From Squalus acanthias (Eukaryota), in contig CM059426.1 in NCBI GenBank assembly GCA_030390025.1, forward strand, positions 27,590,001-27,654,000: a stretch of DNA of 64,000 nucleotides, written 5' to 3'. Within the stretch, counting starts at the first letter, position 1; each line of letters starts with the position of its first letter. Under the pieces are notes generated by a model, which was not told the origin of the DNA, ran no database searches, and saw only the letters and a list, made by a program, of their open reading frames with translations. The position numbers and the translations under genes were made by a program. Below, in pieces: positions 11,354 to 23,767 of the stretch.

Positions 11354-13868
11354 TGTAACAATATTTGGATTAAGACCCTCACAAAAATATTCATCAAGGA
11401 CACCAGACCTTAACCCTTCACCTTAACTCAACATCAAGGAACCATCTTGGGTTAATGGTCCAATTTATGCTTAGGAATTAATCGCACCTAAATTTGGTTT
11501 TCCAAACTGTCTTACATCAACCAGTTTGGATTATATTATAATACCAACCTCCCATCAGGATTCACACAAGCTACTGAGTGAATTAATTAACCCTTTCTTG
11601 CCAAGAAATCAGACAACACAGTCATGAAGTAACAATTCTTTATTAACCATAGTTGGAAAACTTAAATATTGAGTATGCAAGTAATTAGTAGATAGGTTTA
11701 ATTGACGAGATAAATAACAAGGGCAGTTCAGTTATGTTACAGTAATTCAGCACAAATTGCTTTCTGATTATAAATTTACAGTTGAGACCAGTGTCTGAGA
11801 TTGATATAAATTGGTGAGATTAATTTAAGGTTAGACTCCTTAGAGCTGATAAGTTAACAGCATTAGTTAGCCACTCTATTGAATAGATTAAAGTCTAGAT
11901 GCTTGTAGTTAACAATGTTTCCAGAGCTTATACAACCTCATCCTTATGAGCTGGCATGGATGAACTAGTTGCCTTGCCTTCCTCTGGGAGGATGGTGTTA
12001 GCCTTTTGAGATGTCAGAGTGATAAATTTCATCTGTAGAGGTGCTATCCGTTCCTCCTGGAGCCTCAGCTCCTGGGTAAATTCACCTCGGAGCTGTATCT
12101 AGACTAGCTGTCTTAAATCGCACCTCATTTGATCTCAGGGAAACTTGTGCATCTAAGTGACACACTAATGTCTGCCTATATCTGGCTGATACACTCTTAA
12201 CTTTTGTAATCTTTCTCTCTCTCAGTCGGAGATGGACTTTCCGATTTTACTGAGACACCTTCTACATATTTAGATAAAGAACTTCTACTACAAAGACTAC
12301 AAGAACTAAAACTGAGAACTGAAATCACTATATATATCCCTAATTTCCAAAAACACTTTCTCAATTCTATTGAAAAATCTGAGTGGCATATGTGTTAGAG
12401 GAATTCAGCCCTTCTGGTGTCAATCACCCTATACTGAAGGGATATTTACTAGTCCTAGGCCCTTTAGGGCAACCCCAGATCAGGCGTATTTCTCAGACAT
12501 TCACTTTCAACTAAAGTTTGAGGTAGCCGAATCCTAAAGATGGTTAATTAGGTCTAAAGGTCCGGGCTATCTCTCCCTAAAGGAAAGGAACAACCCGAGA
12601 ATGTTACCGTCCCCCAGATAGCGCTTTTAATAAGTTTAGCTAGACTGTAATGTCCTGGATATTATGAGGGTCCGGAAAACTCCCTCAGAATTCTGCAACT
12701 CTTCACCAAAGACTATACAGAGATTGAGTTTGCAAGTTTTTTGATACAGAAGACTTGAGACAATTCTAAAAATATATAGAGATTTATTAAAAGAACCGAC
12801 ATGCAATTTACAGTTGGTGAATCAGTCAATCGCAACATTAACAATTCTAAAAAGAGAAAACATACGATCTTTTTAACTTCGCTACAGTATTACAGTTCTT
12901 AAAGTTCTCTTATACAGGATATCCATCAATATCAAATACCTTTGATCCCCGAGGTACAAAAAGTGGTAGAATACAGAGCCGCCTCTGAAGCCAAGAATTG
13001 CTTTGCCCGATTAAAGCGAGTCTGATATTCTATTTGAGAGTTCAATATTTATACCCTTTTCCAGTGGTATTTCTTTAAGGTTTTCTGCTGATGCAAGTTA
13101 ATTATCTCCATTCATCTTTCTGCCGACCTCTGCAATTCTTACTGCCACATCAGCCAGAATCTTGTCTCATCTCCAGGTGTTCTGGGTTGACCATATAAAA
13201 ACGGTGTGATGGGCAGTTGTTCCTTATTTTATGTCATCTTTATGAGGGCAGATGTTCCTTATCTTATGTGCCATCTTTACGAAGTTTAAATTAGAACACC
13301 TTATCCAGGGTGAACCATTGTTTTGTTCCCAAAAGTTCAGCTTGTCGGAGCCATGCACCTTCTGTTTCAATAAGGTTATTTATTCAGGGTCAACAACTGT
13401 CTTATCTAAATAGCCAGAATGCTTTCATAGCTATTTCATAGTTAGGTTTCTAAATTTCCAAACCCAGTTTGTCATGTTTTAATAAGGCCAGAACTCCTTC
13501 ATAAGATAGTATATTTTTCTGAATAGGTTATATGGCTTATTCCTTCACAATACAACCCTGTTAGTACCCTTGATAACCTCCAAATCAATTAAATACTGGC
13601 CCCTGGATCATTTACACCCTAGCTTCTCAGGTCTTTTCTAACAAAGCGGTCTCACACCGGTCCAGATAAGACAGGACATCTTTATGTCCTCCTCAGCAAG
13701 CCATCTCTGGACCTGTGGTTTTTATGGCTTTTTATAATCTCACTGGTAATGAATGTTGTGATTGTATCAGTCTTGATGGTTTAATTAGCATTAGCCCTTT
13801 CCTTTCCGAGCATTCCGTCTTGTCTACTGACTCCATATTGAGGACACATTTAAGGCAATTCTCCTACA
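11354..13868 (-). mobile_element. Probable solo LTR (outer) interrupted by a second solo LTR
   Basis: AT-rich non-coding block with TG..CA ends (TGTAGGAG...TGTTACA on minus), minus-strand AATAAA at 11639-11644 and TATA-like run near 12329; no TSD found. Confidence 0.45.
12646..13549 (-). mobile_element. Probable solo LTR (inner)
   Basis: TGTGAAGG...CATTACA on minus; TATAAA at 13048-13053, AATAAA at 12783-12788, U3-like direct repeat at 13211 and 13246; flanks AGAC/ATAC (3/4). Confidence 0.55.
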
Positions 13869-13977
13869 TACCCTGTTAGCTCCGTGGGTAAATGAATAAA
13901 GAAAGAAAAGAAGAATGAAAAGAAAAAAGGAAGAAAGAACTTCCCTGCTCTTCTTTGAAATAGTGCTGTGGAATTTG

Positions 13978-14360
13978 TTTCCAAATCCCTCCATGGCCTC
14001 ACCCCTCCCTATCTCTGTAACTTCCTCCAGCCCTACAACCCTCCAAGATCTCTGTGCTCCTCTATTTCTGGCCTTGTGGGCATTGCCGGTTTTAATTGTT
14101 CCACCACTGAAGTTCCACCGTGCCTACTGTTGCCTAGGCCCTAAGATCTGGAATTCCCGGCCTAAACCTCTGCACCTCGCGACTTCTCTCTCCTCCTTTA
14201 AGACGCTCCTTAAAACCTATCTCTTTGGCCAAGCTTTTGTACACCTGCCCTAATTTCTCCTTATGTGGCTCGGTGTCAATTTTTGTCTGATTACGCTCCT
14301 GTGAAGCGCCTTGTGACGTTTTACTACTTTAAAGGTGCTATATAAACACAAGTTGTTGTT
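13978..14360 (+). mobile_element. L2 LINE 3' end
   Basis: LGPKIWNS.P..L..ATSLSSFKTLLKTYLF; tail AAAGGTGCTATATAAA...GTTGTTGTT. Confidence 0.88.
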
Positions 14361-14365
14361 AAAGA

Positions 14366-14828
14366 GAGGAAGAAAGACTTGCATTTGTATAGCGCCTTTC
14401 ACAACCACCGGACGTCTCAAAGTGCTTTGCAGCTAATGAAGTACTTTTTGAAGTAGAGTCACTGTTGTAATGTGGGAAACGTGGCAGCCAATTTGCGCAC
14501 AGCAAGCTCCCACAAACAGCAATGTGATAATGACCAGATAATCTGTTTTTGTTATGTTGGTTGAGGGATAAATATTGGCCACGACACCAGGGATAACTCC
14601 CCTGCTCTTCTTCAAAATAGTGCCATGGGATCTTTTACCTGAGAGAGCAGACGGGGCCTCGGATTAACGTCGCAGCCGAAAGACGGTACCTCTGACAGTG
14701 CAGCACTCCCTCAGCACTGCACTGGAGTGTCAGCCTAGCTTTATGTGCTCAAAGGTCCCTGGAGTGGGATTAGAACCCACAAACTCTTCTGATTTAGAGG
14801 CGAGTGTGCTACCAACTGAGCCACAGCG
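14366..14828 (-). mobile_element. Full-length Deu-domain tRNA SINE (SacSINE1-like)
   Basis: Minus-strand A box TGGCTCAGTTGG and B-box-like GGTTCTAATCC; Deu core (plus strand GTGCCATGGGATCTTTTA...GCAGACGGGGCCTCGG...CCGAAAGACGG); L2-like tail. Confidence 0.85.
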
Positions 14829-14989
14829 AGGTTTAGAAAGGGAATTCCAGAGTTTAGAGCCTCGGCAGCTCATTCATGCAGTGGAAAAGTGATGTAGTCG
14901 TTATTGTACTCACAAAATGTCTCCAGAAACTATCAATTGGCCGTTTTAACAATGTGGAACTAGTGGGAATGAAGAACGTGTTCAGCTCT

Positions 14990-16450
14990 GAAATGAACTA
15001 CAACTCCCAGAATGCCCGAGTGCAGCAATGCCCATGTCCAGAGGAGGGTGCCGGGCCCGCGTCACATTCCCGCATCATTGCGTGTATTTTGTGGCACCAG
15101 GATCTTGCTCACAAACCCCTGAGCCTGGGCTTCAGGAGAGCCATACTCTCCCAGGAAGGGGTGGGGTGGTTGGGGGGTGGGAAAGCAAAAGTGTTTAGTC
15201 TGAGGAGACATCCAAGATCCCCTGCCAAAGCGGCCCCAGAGATCTTTCAAAGGTCAGACAATGATTTCTCGAACCTTAAGCTGGAGTTTGCTGTGTCTGG
15301 ATACTGTGTATCATTAGATTGCGACTGTGAGACTGGTTAACGTTGTAGTTTCGATTTGTTACCATGAGGGGATTTAAAATGCTACAAAAGTAACGTAAGA
15401 TTTCCGATGTTTTATTGCGAGAGAGGGGGTTGCTCTCGTTTTGATGCCGCCTGTGTCATTATTGGGAGAGTTCAGAAGCGCCAACCGTGTCAACTCGGGG
15501 TAGGTTGTGAAATTGCCACAATCAGATCAATGGATGGGACTGTCGGCTGCCGAAACGCAGCAACCGGCAACGTCTATATCTTGCGTATTGCAGTGATTTT
15601 TGTGTGTGTGTGTGTGGTAATGCACACCTTGCAGTGTATGTATATAATATATATTCCAAATAAGAGCACGCTGACTTTTTAATTCGCTTTGTGGAATCTG
15701 CTCGGTTTGTGTGATTCTTGCTCAGTCTTAATGTGATGAGCGGTCTGTGGGGATCAACGACAAAGGGGATCGATCTCGTTATTTAATTAAATATAAACAG
15801 CAGGCAGCGAAATATTTAGCTACGTACACTATTCCAGTTTCTAAATCGAAATGTTGGCAGTGTCAGTGCCATTAGAAACTGGACAATTTCCTCCTTCAAG
15901 ATACTGTAACGTAATTGTCGACGTGTTGTATTCCTGACACTTCTTCAAAGGTTGCTTCGCACATCGGTCATTTTGTAACGAAGACTCATCCTAATGAGCG
16001 TGCTGTGGGTGTATTTATATCCGTCTGGAGTAATTCCGATTTAACATTTGCGATCCGCAATGACAAACGGCCCTTAAAAGGACTGGGCGCGGCTGCTAGC
16101 CCGAGAGCTTTTTGTCGATGATCCTCCTCCTCCCTCTCCCTCACTCCACCTCCTCCTCCTCCTCCTCTAATAAGGAGCCGAGTCCAAGGGTCCCGGCAGC
16201 GACCCCTCTGCAGGCCGGATGAGCCTGCCTACCTTGAGTTGAGGCAGCCCGACTCCAGACAGTCTGGAGGTGGGGACGAGAGACCGGCTTTGGCCTCCTT
16301 GTAGATCCGAGCCGGCTTTGGCCTCCTTGACCAACTGCTGCCACGTGACACGCGGGCCATTCCTTCAATCCAGGCTTTTTCTGCAACAATCGAGATGAGG
16401 TCTGCCTCACCCAAACCCATCAGTTTTAGGCTACTTGCCATTAAGCACTG
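14990..16450 (+). promoter_or_regulatory. Probable gene promoter / non-methylated CpG region with candidate non-coding first exon
   Basis: TE-free stretch visibly retaining CpG; ZNF143 motif; candidate donor AC|GTAAGA at 15395 after a short uORF (ACCATG 15364, MRGFKMLQK*). Strand inferred from the donor. Confidence 0.6.
14997..15015 (+). promoter_or_regulatory. ZNF143/Staf (SBS) promoter motif with ACTACA extension
   Basis: ACTACAACTCCCAGAATGC matches the extended vertebrate ZNF143/THAP11-associated consensus; weaker SBS-like TTCCCGCATCATTGCG at about 15067. Confidence 0.8.
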
Positions 16451-16544
16451 TGTGTGTGTGTGTCTGTGTTTTTGTCTGGATTTGGTGCCTGCTTAAGCAA
16501 AAAGGTCTTCAACCTAATTTGATTTATCCCACTCCCAGTTTCCC

Positions 16545-16920
16545 CCCCCCCTTACTCTTCTGAAACCTGGGGTGTGGTTCCAGGGTTGCGGGAAGCTCTC
16601 CTGTGCCCCCTCCAGAGTCTTGCTTGATGTGTAAGGCTAGACAGCAAGCGTGAGCTGGTTATTTGAGCAGGTGGGTGGGTGGTGGTATCACAGCTGAGTC
16701 TGATCCTGTCCATGCCCAGTATCTGCCCATGCAGTAAACAGGCGCCATCAGGAGCAGGTTTGTTGCCTGATTTCTCCAGGCAGGCATGTGCAGGCCAATG
16801 CAGCATCCTGTCGCTGCTCAACATTAGGTCAGCTAACTCAGCACAAAGCAGGATTGAACCTGGGACTTTGCCTATTTGTATTGCTGAGTACCTCATGGTG
16901 CATTTATCCCTGACCCATTG
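16545..16920 (-). mobile_element. Old tRNA-derived SINE family B (unnamed)
   Basis: Shares TGTGCTGAGTTAGCTGA, AAAATCAG and AATGGCCACTTGGG-type blocks with about 14 other decayed copies (e.g. 25320, 28060, 29995, 30915, 35090, 43840, 44280, 61395). Confidence 0.65.
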
Positions 16921-18207
16921 AAGGCATTTTAATTGCTTTGGGTTACATCAGAATGAAGAAAAAACACTTTGCTTAATACTCTATTTTAAATGCTTAACCC
17001 TGAGCTACCAAAAGTAACATCCTGTGCTTGTTGATGTTTCATGTAAAAAATGACAATGTTGTATGTGATAGACTTTTGTAATTTATTTTAAGTTGTTTTC
17101 ACTAGAACAGTAGAATTATACAAAGTATAATGCGCTTTGGGCATTTGTGACTGTCAGTAATGGTTTTGTGACTTTTTGAATGGGAGGTGCAGGCGGAGGA
17201 AATTATTTTTCTTGCCCAAGTTTTCTCCCTTCCAATTCATTGACTTCTTCATTGGGCTATGTTTTCAAGGACAACAGTTGTCCTCCAATACCTTGTCCAA
17301 ATGGCCGTTATTTACATGAGTCTTGGCATAGTGTTGGGCCATATCATTTCCTTACCTGATGTCTCCGCATGCGCACTGTGCAGTGTTCAGAATTGGGAAA
17401 CCTGCTGGACTTTTCATTCCTTAACCCAATGATTGGGGTGGCCCAGTCAGATATGTATACAGCATGACCCCTGTTATTCTCCCGTTGCAGTTAGCTATGG
17501 GAGAAACCAAATCTGACAACACTCACCGAGACCGCAATAGAAGACGTAGACACGGATATAAATGTAGTTTTGGAGTGACAAGCTATGATGATGACAACTC
17601 CAAAGATACTGTGACTGATTATAGCATCACCCAGGTTAATATCAGCTAATTCGGCACAGATTGGGGATGGAATTCAGGTTCTTCCTGATCGGTGTTGCTT
17701 GGAGATGGAGCCATTACATCTGAACTACTGGAATGGCTTTGGCCTTGTGTGTCTTAATTTGACAATCAGCAGTTTTATCACTAGGATTTTTAGTATTCTC
17801 ATGGTGGCTGAGTGAATTTTTATACTCTGTCCACTTAACAGTGGAAAAACACAAGGCAGCACAATTAGAGGTCTGTCCCTTCAAACTTGTCAGGAGAGAG
17901 GACATTTAGCTATATAACGTTAGGGGGTAGGAAGAATTTGAGATAGTATATCAACAGTAATCCAGAAAATTGAAGTATATGTAGGCATAAGTGTGACCCC
18001 CCCCCCTCCCCGCCCCCACCACTGTGTGCTGATAGTAGTGTAACAAATCAGTGTATTCAAACTTTTCTGTGCATGTAGACCCCTGCAAAAACAAACACAC
18101 TCTCGGAGGTCTCCAGTCCAACTTCTAAAGGACTGTCAGGCACTGAGAGGAAAAGTGTTATTATTATAGAATTTTTTAATGTAAAGCAACAGAAACAATT
18201 TGCTTGT

Positions 18208-18376
18208 TGTCACTGGGTCAAAATCCTGGAACTCACTCCCTACCTTACAGCTAGTAGTAGCACCTTCACCACACAGACTGCAGAAGTTCAAGAAGATGCC
18301 CCACCACCACCTTCTCTAGGGCAATTAGAGATTGGCAATAAACTGGCCTTACCACATCCTAAGAATGAATTAAAAA
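18208..18376 (+). mobile_element. LINE-A 3' tail fragment
   Basis: GGGTCAAAATCCTGGAACTC...GGGCAATTAG...CCACATCC. Confidence 0.8.
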
Positions 18377-18439
18377 TAACAGGAATCTGATGACTTGCAG
18401 GCCTCGCAGTGGTGCAGAGATCCCAGTTTGAAAATGTGT

Positions 18440-18976
18440 GCCGACTATTCCAATGCTCTCCTGGCTGACCTCCCACCTTGCACCCTCTATAAACTTGGAG
18501 CTCATCCAAAACTCTGCTGCCCGTGTCCTAATTGCACCAAGTCCCATTCACCCATCACCCCTGAGCTGGCTGACCTACATTGGCTCCCGGTCCAGCAACG
18601 ACTCAATTAAAAAAAAAATTCTCATCCTTGTTTTCAAATCCCTCCTTGACCTCACCTATCTCTCTAACCTGCTCCAAGATCTCTGTGTTCCTCCAATTCT
18701 GGCCTCTTGCCCATGCCCGATTTTCATCGCTCCACCATTGGTGGCCGTGCCTTCAGCTGTCTAGGCCCTAAACTCTGGAATTCCCTTGCTAATCCTCTCC
18801 GCCTCTCTCCTCGTTTAAAACGCTCCTTAAAACCTACCTCTTTGACCGAGCTTTTGGTCACCTATCTTAATATCTGCTTATGTGGCTTGGTGTCAAATTT
18901 TGTTTGATAAAACTCCCGCGAAGCGCCTTTGACCGTTTTACTACTTTAAAGGTGCTATATAAATGGAAGTTGTTGA
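18440..18976 (+). mobile_element. L2 LINE 3' fragment
   Basis: DYSNALLA, PITPELADLHWLPV, GGRAFSCLGPKLWNSL; L2 tail. Confidence 0.88.
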
Positions 18977-19719
18977 AATATACTGACTCTGATAATTTGT
19001 TCACTGTCATCGTATTCACTAGATTGACTTGTATTTGAGGCCCAGTCATTGTTAGATTTTTCTGTTTTGGTTCAGAATTGCTTTTTTTAACAAAAATAAT
19101 GAGGGGACTCTCATTTATCAACCTTCCTTCATGATGGTATTTAAAAAAAATAAAAATTTTTGTATTTAAAAATGGGGGGGCAGGAATTTCTTCTCTTCTC
19201 CCTCGGGTATTCCTTGTATTTTTGTGGCAAATAACGAGTTATGCACGACTCCCTTCATTTTATGTTAGACTGGGGAATGCCCTATTTAGCCACAATGGTT
19301 GGATTACAAATTGGGCCTGTCAGCAAAATAAGAGGCACACTAGACTAATGGCATTTAAAGCCTCACGACAATGCCGGTTTCTCTTGTCATTAATTGTGTG
19401 TGGCTTCCAGCTCTTGTTTGGTATGTAGAACAGAGGGATGCCTTGCAGGGAGCAAAAATGTACAGGAAGGTGTGAAAAATATTTTCACTGGATGGATGAC
19501 TGGATAAAATGTGAGGAATGCTATTGCAAGGTCAGGTTGCTGGTGATACCTGTTTTTATTTCACACCCCTGTCTCACATGGTATTCCTTATCACACACTG
19601 ACAAATAACTACTTGCTTTAAATATTGATTCCTTTCTTTTTTGGTAACTTTGGGGTAAAATTGTCTTTTTTTAATTATTTCGGCCCTTTTGTCTGTTTAT
19701 TCATTTACTGGATCTGATG

Positions 19720-20863
19720 AGCAGGAGTTTCTGGTAGGTTTTTTTTTTCAGCGCAACTTGCCCGATATCGGTCAATCTAGCGCAAAAGATCGCGGAATTT
19801 AAACGCAAATCGAGGTTCCGCGATCTTTGCACTAGTTTAAAAAAAAAACAGCGCACTAGAAGCTGGCCCTGCCCCCAAAGCAAGACCGAATTAAGCGCCA
19901 TTGCTAGTTTCCGCTAATTGTATTAGATTGTGGACCTTCGAGCAGGCTCTAAAAATTAAGCTTTTTTTAGGCGCGAGGACACTAATAGGCATGTTTTAAA
20001 AGCTTTTGAACATAACTTTTTAAAAATTTACTCGGAAACTGACTACTGTACGCCAATATAACTAGCAAATGGTTCTGTATAGTTTTTTTTAGTCACTTTC
20101 GGTTATTTAAAATTGGGTTACTCACAGGTGGTGGACTAGACACTCCAATTGAAATGCTTATTTTTTGTGATAAGCCCATTTTCAGCTGTATTAGTCAAAC
20201 TTGCACCAATTTACCACTCTTAAATATAACGAGGAATATTTTTTAAAGCAAAAACATCAAAAAAATTACATTCTGAAACACTGCCCAATTGCACTGGTTC
20301 TTTTTTTTATTCGTTTACGGGATGTGGGCGTCGCTGGCAATGCCAGCATTTATTGCCCATCCCTAATTGCCCTTGAGAAGGTGGTGGTGAGCCGCCGCCT
20401 TGAACCGCTGCAGTCCGTGTGGTGAAGGTACTCCCACAGTGCTGTTAGGGAGGGAGTTCTAGGATTTTGACCCAGCGACGATAAAGGATCGGCGATATAC
20501 TTCTAAGTCAGGATGGTGTGTGACTTGGAGGGGAACCTGGAGGAGGTGGTGTGTTCCCATGCGCCTGCTGCCCTTGTCCTTCTAGGTGGAAGAGGTCGCG
20601 GGTTTGGGAGGTGCTGCCGAAGAAGCCTTGGCGAGTTGCTGCAGTTCATCTTGTAGATGGTACACACTGCAGCCACAGTACACCGGTGGTGGAGGGAGTG
20701 AATGGTTAAGGTGGTGGATGGGGTGCCAATCAAGCGGGCTGCTTTGTCCTGGTTCATGGCAGATTTTGCATTCAGCGATATGCAAATGAGTGAGTGGAAC
20801 CTTGAGGGGAAAAAACACTTCTCAAAACTAGTGCAATTTGCACCCAAAGCGGAAACTCTACCT
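19720..20863. mobile_element. Non-autonomous Harbinger-like element interrupted by LINE-A
   Basis: Imperfect ends GAGCAGGAGTTTCTG and CGGAAACTCTACCTC; CpG-rich subterminal blocks either side of the LINE. Confidence 0.45.
20301..20752 (-). mobile_element. LINE-A 3' fragment with 7-bp TSD
   Basis: QDKAARLIG to tail; CTGGTTC at 20294-20300 and 20749-20755. Confidence 0.9.
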
Positions 20864-21304
20864 CAATGTCTCTGCAGCACAGCCTGTCCCAAGCTGCCAC
20901 CTATGCCTACAACACGTTCGACATTCCAGGTATGACTGTTTTCCAGACCCCTCCTCCCTGCTGTGAGAAGCTGTAGCCTGCAGTTGTTATCTTCTCACTT
21001 AATGTGGCCAAATTTGGAACTGAGATGATGAGTTGTATGCGGAAATCCACTGTTGCTCATGACGTGTGCAGTTTTTATTCATTTGTAGAATATATACATG
21101 GTGTTCAGTAAGTTCCTATCTAATGTTTATTGTGGTTCTGGAGCATTAGTTGAAGATTGGCCAAGTTTCGCCAGCTAAATTTAGAGCTGTTTGGTCATGG
21201 AGAGTAAAGGACTATGGAGTAGCTCCCTAGAATGAAAGAAAGACTTCCATTGTATGGGACCTTATCGCAGTTCTCAAACATCTCTACGCATTTCATATAG
21301 AGTA

Positions 21305-23122
21305 AACGTGAATGGTGGTGGACCATTGAACAACTAACGGGAGGAGGAGGCTCCATCAATAGCCCCATCCTCAATGGTGATGCAGCCCAGCACATGAGTG
21401 CAAAGGATAAGGCTGAAGCGTTTGCAACCATCTTCAGCCAGAAGTGCCGAGTGGATGATCCATATCGGCCTACTCCTGAAGTCCCCACCATCACAGAAGC
21501 CAGTCCCAATTCGATTCACTTCACGTGATATCAAGAAACGGCTGAGTACACTGGATACAACAAAGGCTATGGGCCCCGTTAACATCCCGGCTATCGTGCT
21601 GAAGACTTGTGCTCCAGAACTAGCCGTACCTTTAGCCAAGCTGTTCCAGTACAGCTACAGCACTGGCATCTATCCGACAATGTGGAAAACTGCCCAGGTA
21701 TGTCCTGTCCACAAAAAGCAGGACAAATCCAATCTGGCCAATTACCGCCCCATCAGTCTACTCTCAATCCTCAGCAAAGTGATGGAAGGTGTCATCGGTA
21801 GTGCTGTCAAGCGGCACTTACTCACCAATAACCTGCTCACTGATGCCCAGTTTGGGTTCCGCCAAGACCACTCGGCTCCCGACCTCATTACAGCCTTGGT
21901 CCAAACATGGACAAAGGAGCTGAATTCCAGAGGTGAGGTGAGAGTGACTGCCCTTGACATCAAGGCAGCATTTGACTGAGTGTGGCATCAAGGAGCCCTA
22001 GTAAAACTGAAGTCAATGGGAATCAGGGGGAAAACTCTCCACTGGCTGGAGTCATACCTAGCACAAAGGAAGATGGTTGTGGTGATTGAAGGTCAATCAT
22101 CACAGCCCCAGGACATCGCTGCATGAGCTCCGGGCAGTGTCCTCGGCCCAACCATCTTCAGCTGCTTCATCAAGGAACTTCCCTCCAACATAAGGTCAGA
22201 AATGGGAATGTTCGCTGATGACTGCACAGTGTTCAGTGCCATTCACAACTCCTCAGCTAATGAAGCAGTCCATGCCCGCAGGCAACAAGACCTGGACGAC
22301 GTTCAGGCATGGGCTGATAAGTGGCAGGTAACATTCGCACCACAGAAATGCCAGGCAATGACTATCTCCAACAAGCGAGAGTCTAACCACCGCCCCTTGA
22401 CATTCAACGGCATTACCATCGCCGAATCCCCTGTCATCAACATCCTGGGGGGGGTCACCATTGACCAGAAACTTAACTGGACCAGCCACATAAATACTGT
22501 GGCAACAAGAGCAGGTCAGAGACTGGGTATTCTGCAGTGAGTGTCTCGCCTCCTGACTCCCTAAAGCCTTTCCACCACCTACAAGGCACAAGTCAGGAAT
22601 GTGATGGAATACTCTCCACTTGCCTGGATGAGTGCAGCTCCAACAACACTCAAGAAGCTCAACACCATCCAGGACAAAGCAGCCCGCTTGATTGGCACCC
22701 CATCCACCACCTTAAACATTCACTCCCTCCACCACCGGCGTACCGTGGCTGCAGTGTGTACCATCTACAAGATGCACTGCAGCAACTCGCCAAGGTTTCT
22801 TTGGCAGCACCTCCCAAACCCGCGACCTCTTCCACCTAGAAGGACAAGGGCAGTAGGCGCCTGGGAACACCACCACCTCCAAGTTCCCCTCCAAGTCACA
22901 TACCATCGAGACTGAGAAGTATATTGCCGTTCCTTCATCGCCGCTGGGTCAAAATCCTGGAACTCCCTCCCAAACAGCACTGTGGGAGTACCTTTACCAC
23001 ACGGACTGCAGCAGTTCAAGAAGGCGGCTCACCACCACCTTCTGAAGGGCAATTAGGGATGGGTAATAAATGCTGGCCTTGCCAGTGACGCCCACATCCA
23101 GAAAAACGATTAAAAAAAAAAA
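21305..23122 (+). mobile_element. LINE-A, 5'-truncated, whole RT region
   Basis: ORFs 21398-21979, 22202-22540, 22601-22915; poly(A) tail at about 23112-23122. Confidence 0.93.
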
Positions 23123-23767
23123 TGACCTTGAAGTGCAGTGACTATTTATGTAGGCAAGCAGCCATTTTACGCACAGCAAAACCCCACAAACAGCTAGTTA
23201 ATCTTTTTTTTTGTGGCAGTTTTGTTTGAAGGAGAAATATTAACAAGGATACTGGGAGAGCTCCTTGCATTTCAAATTGTGATTAGGCATTATCAATGTC
23301 CACCTGAACTACAGGAACAGGCGACTTTAATGGCAGCTCTTGCCTCTACTGCATTGGAGTGTTGATCTAAATGATTTGCTCATATCCTGGTATGGGGCTA
23401 AAACCCATGTTATTACCTGAGCCAAACTGGGATTTCCCAGTGAACTGAAGTTTAGTGCTCGTCACTGTATGCAGGTAATGTCATCAATAGTTGCCCAAGA
23501 GAGTGTGTGCGTGTCTGCTATTTATTAGAAAGGAGATGTGCTGTAGGGTTGTTGGGAAGTCCAGGTAGGTACCCGCTGCAGGAAGCAACAAGTGAGTTTA
23601 TAGTAGGTGTCCAAATGGGATATTATTATCTGTAGAATGTATTCTTTTAGCAGATTAACGCTTTAACATGTCAATAATTAGGTGAAGAGGCAAGCATGAT
23701 TTACGTTCCCAATGTTTCCTTCTGTAACGGCTGAGGTATGGCTCCCACAGCTGTTGGACATTTTCTG

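Noticed and set aside
14876-15340. 154-aa ORF across the promoter
   Set aside because: No recognisable domain, begins beside an L2 fragment and runs through the ZNF143 motif; likely incidental
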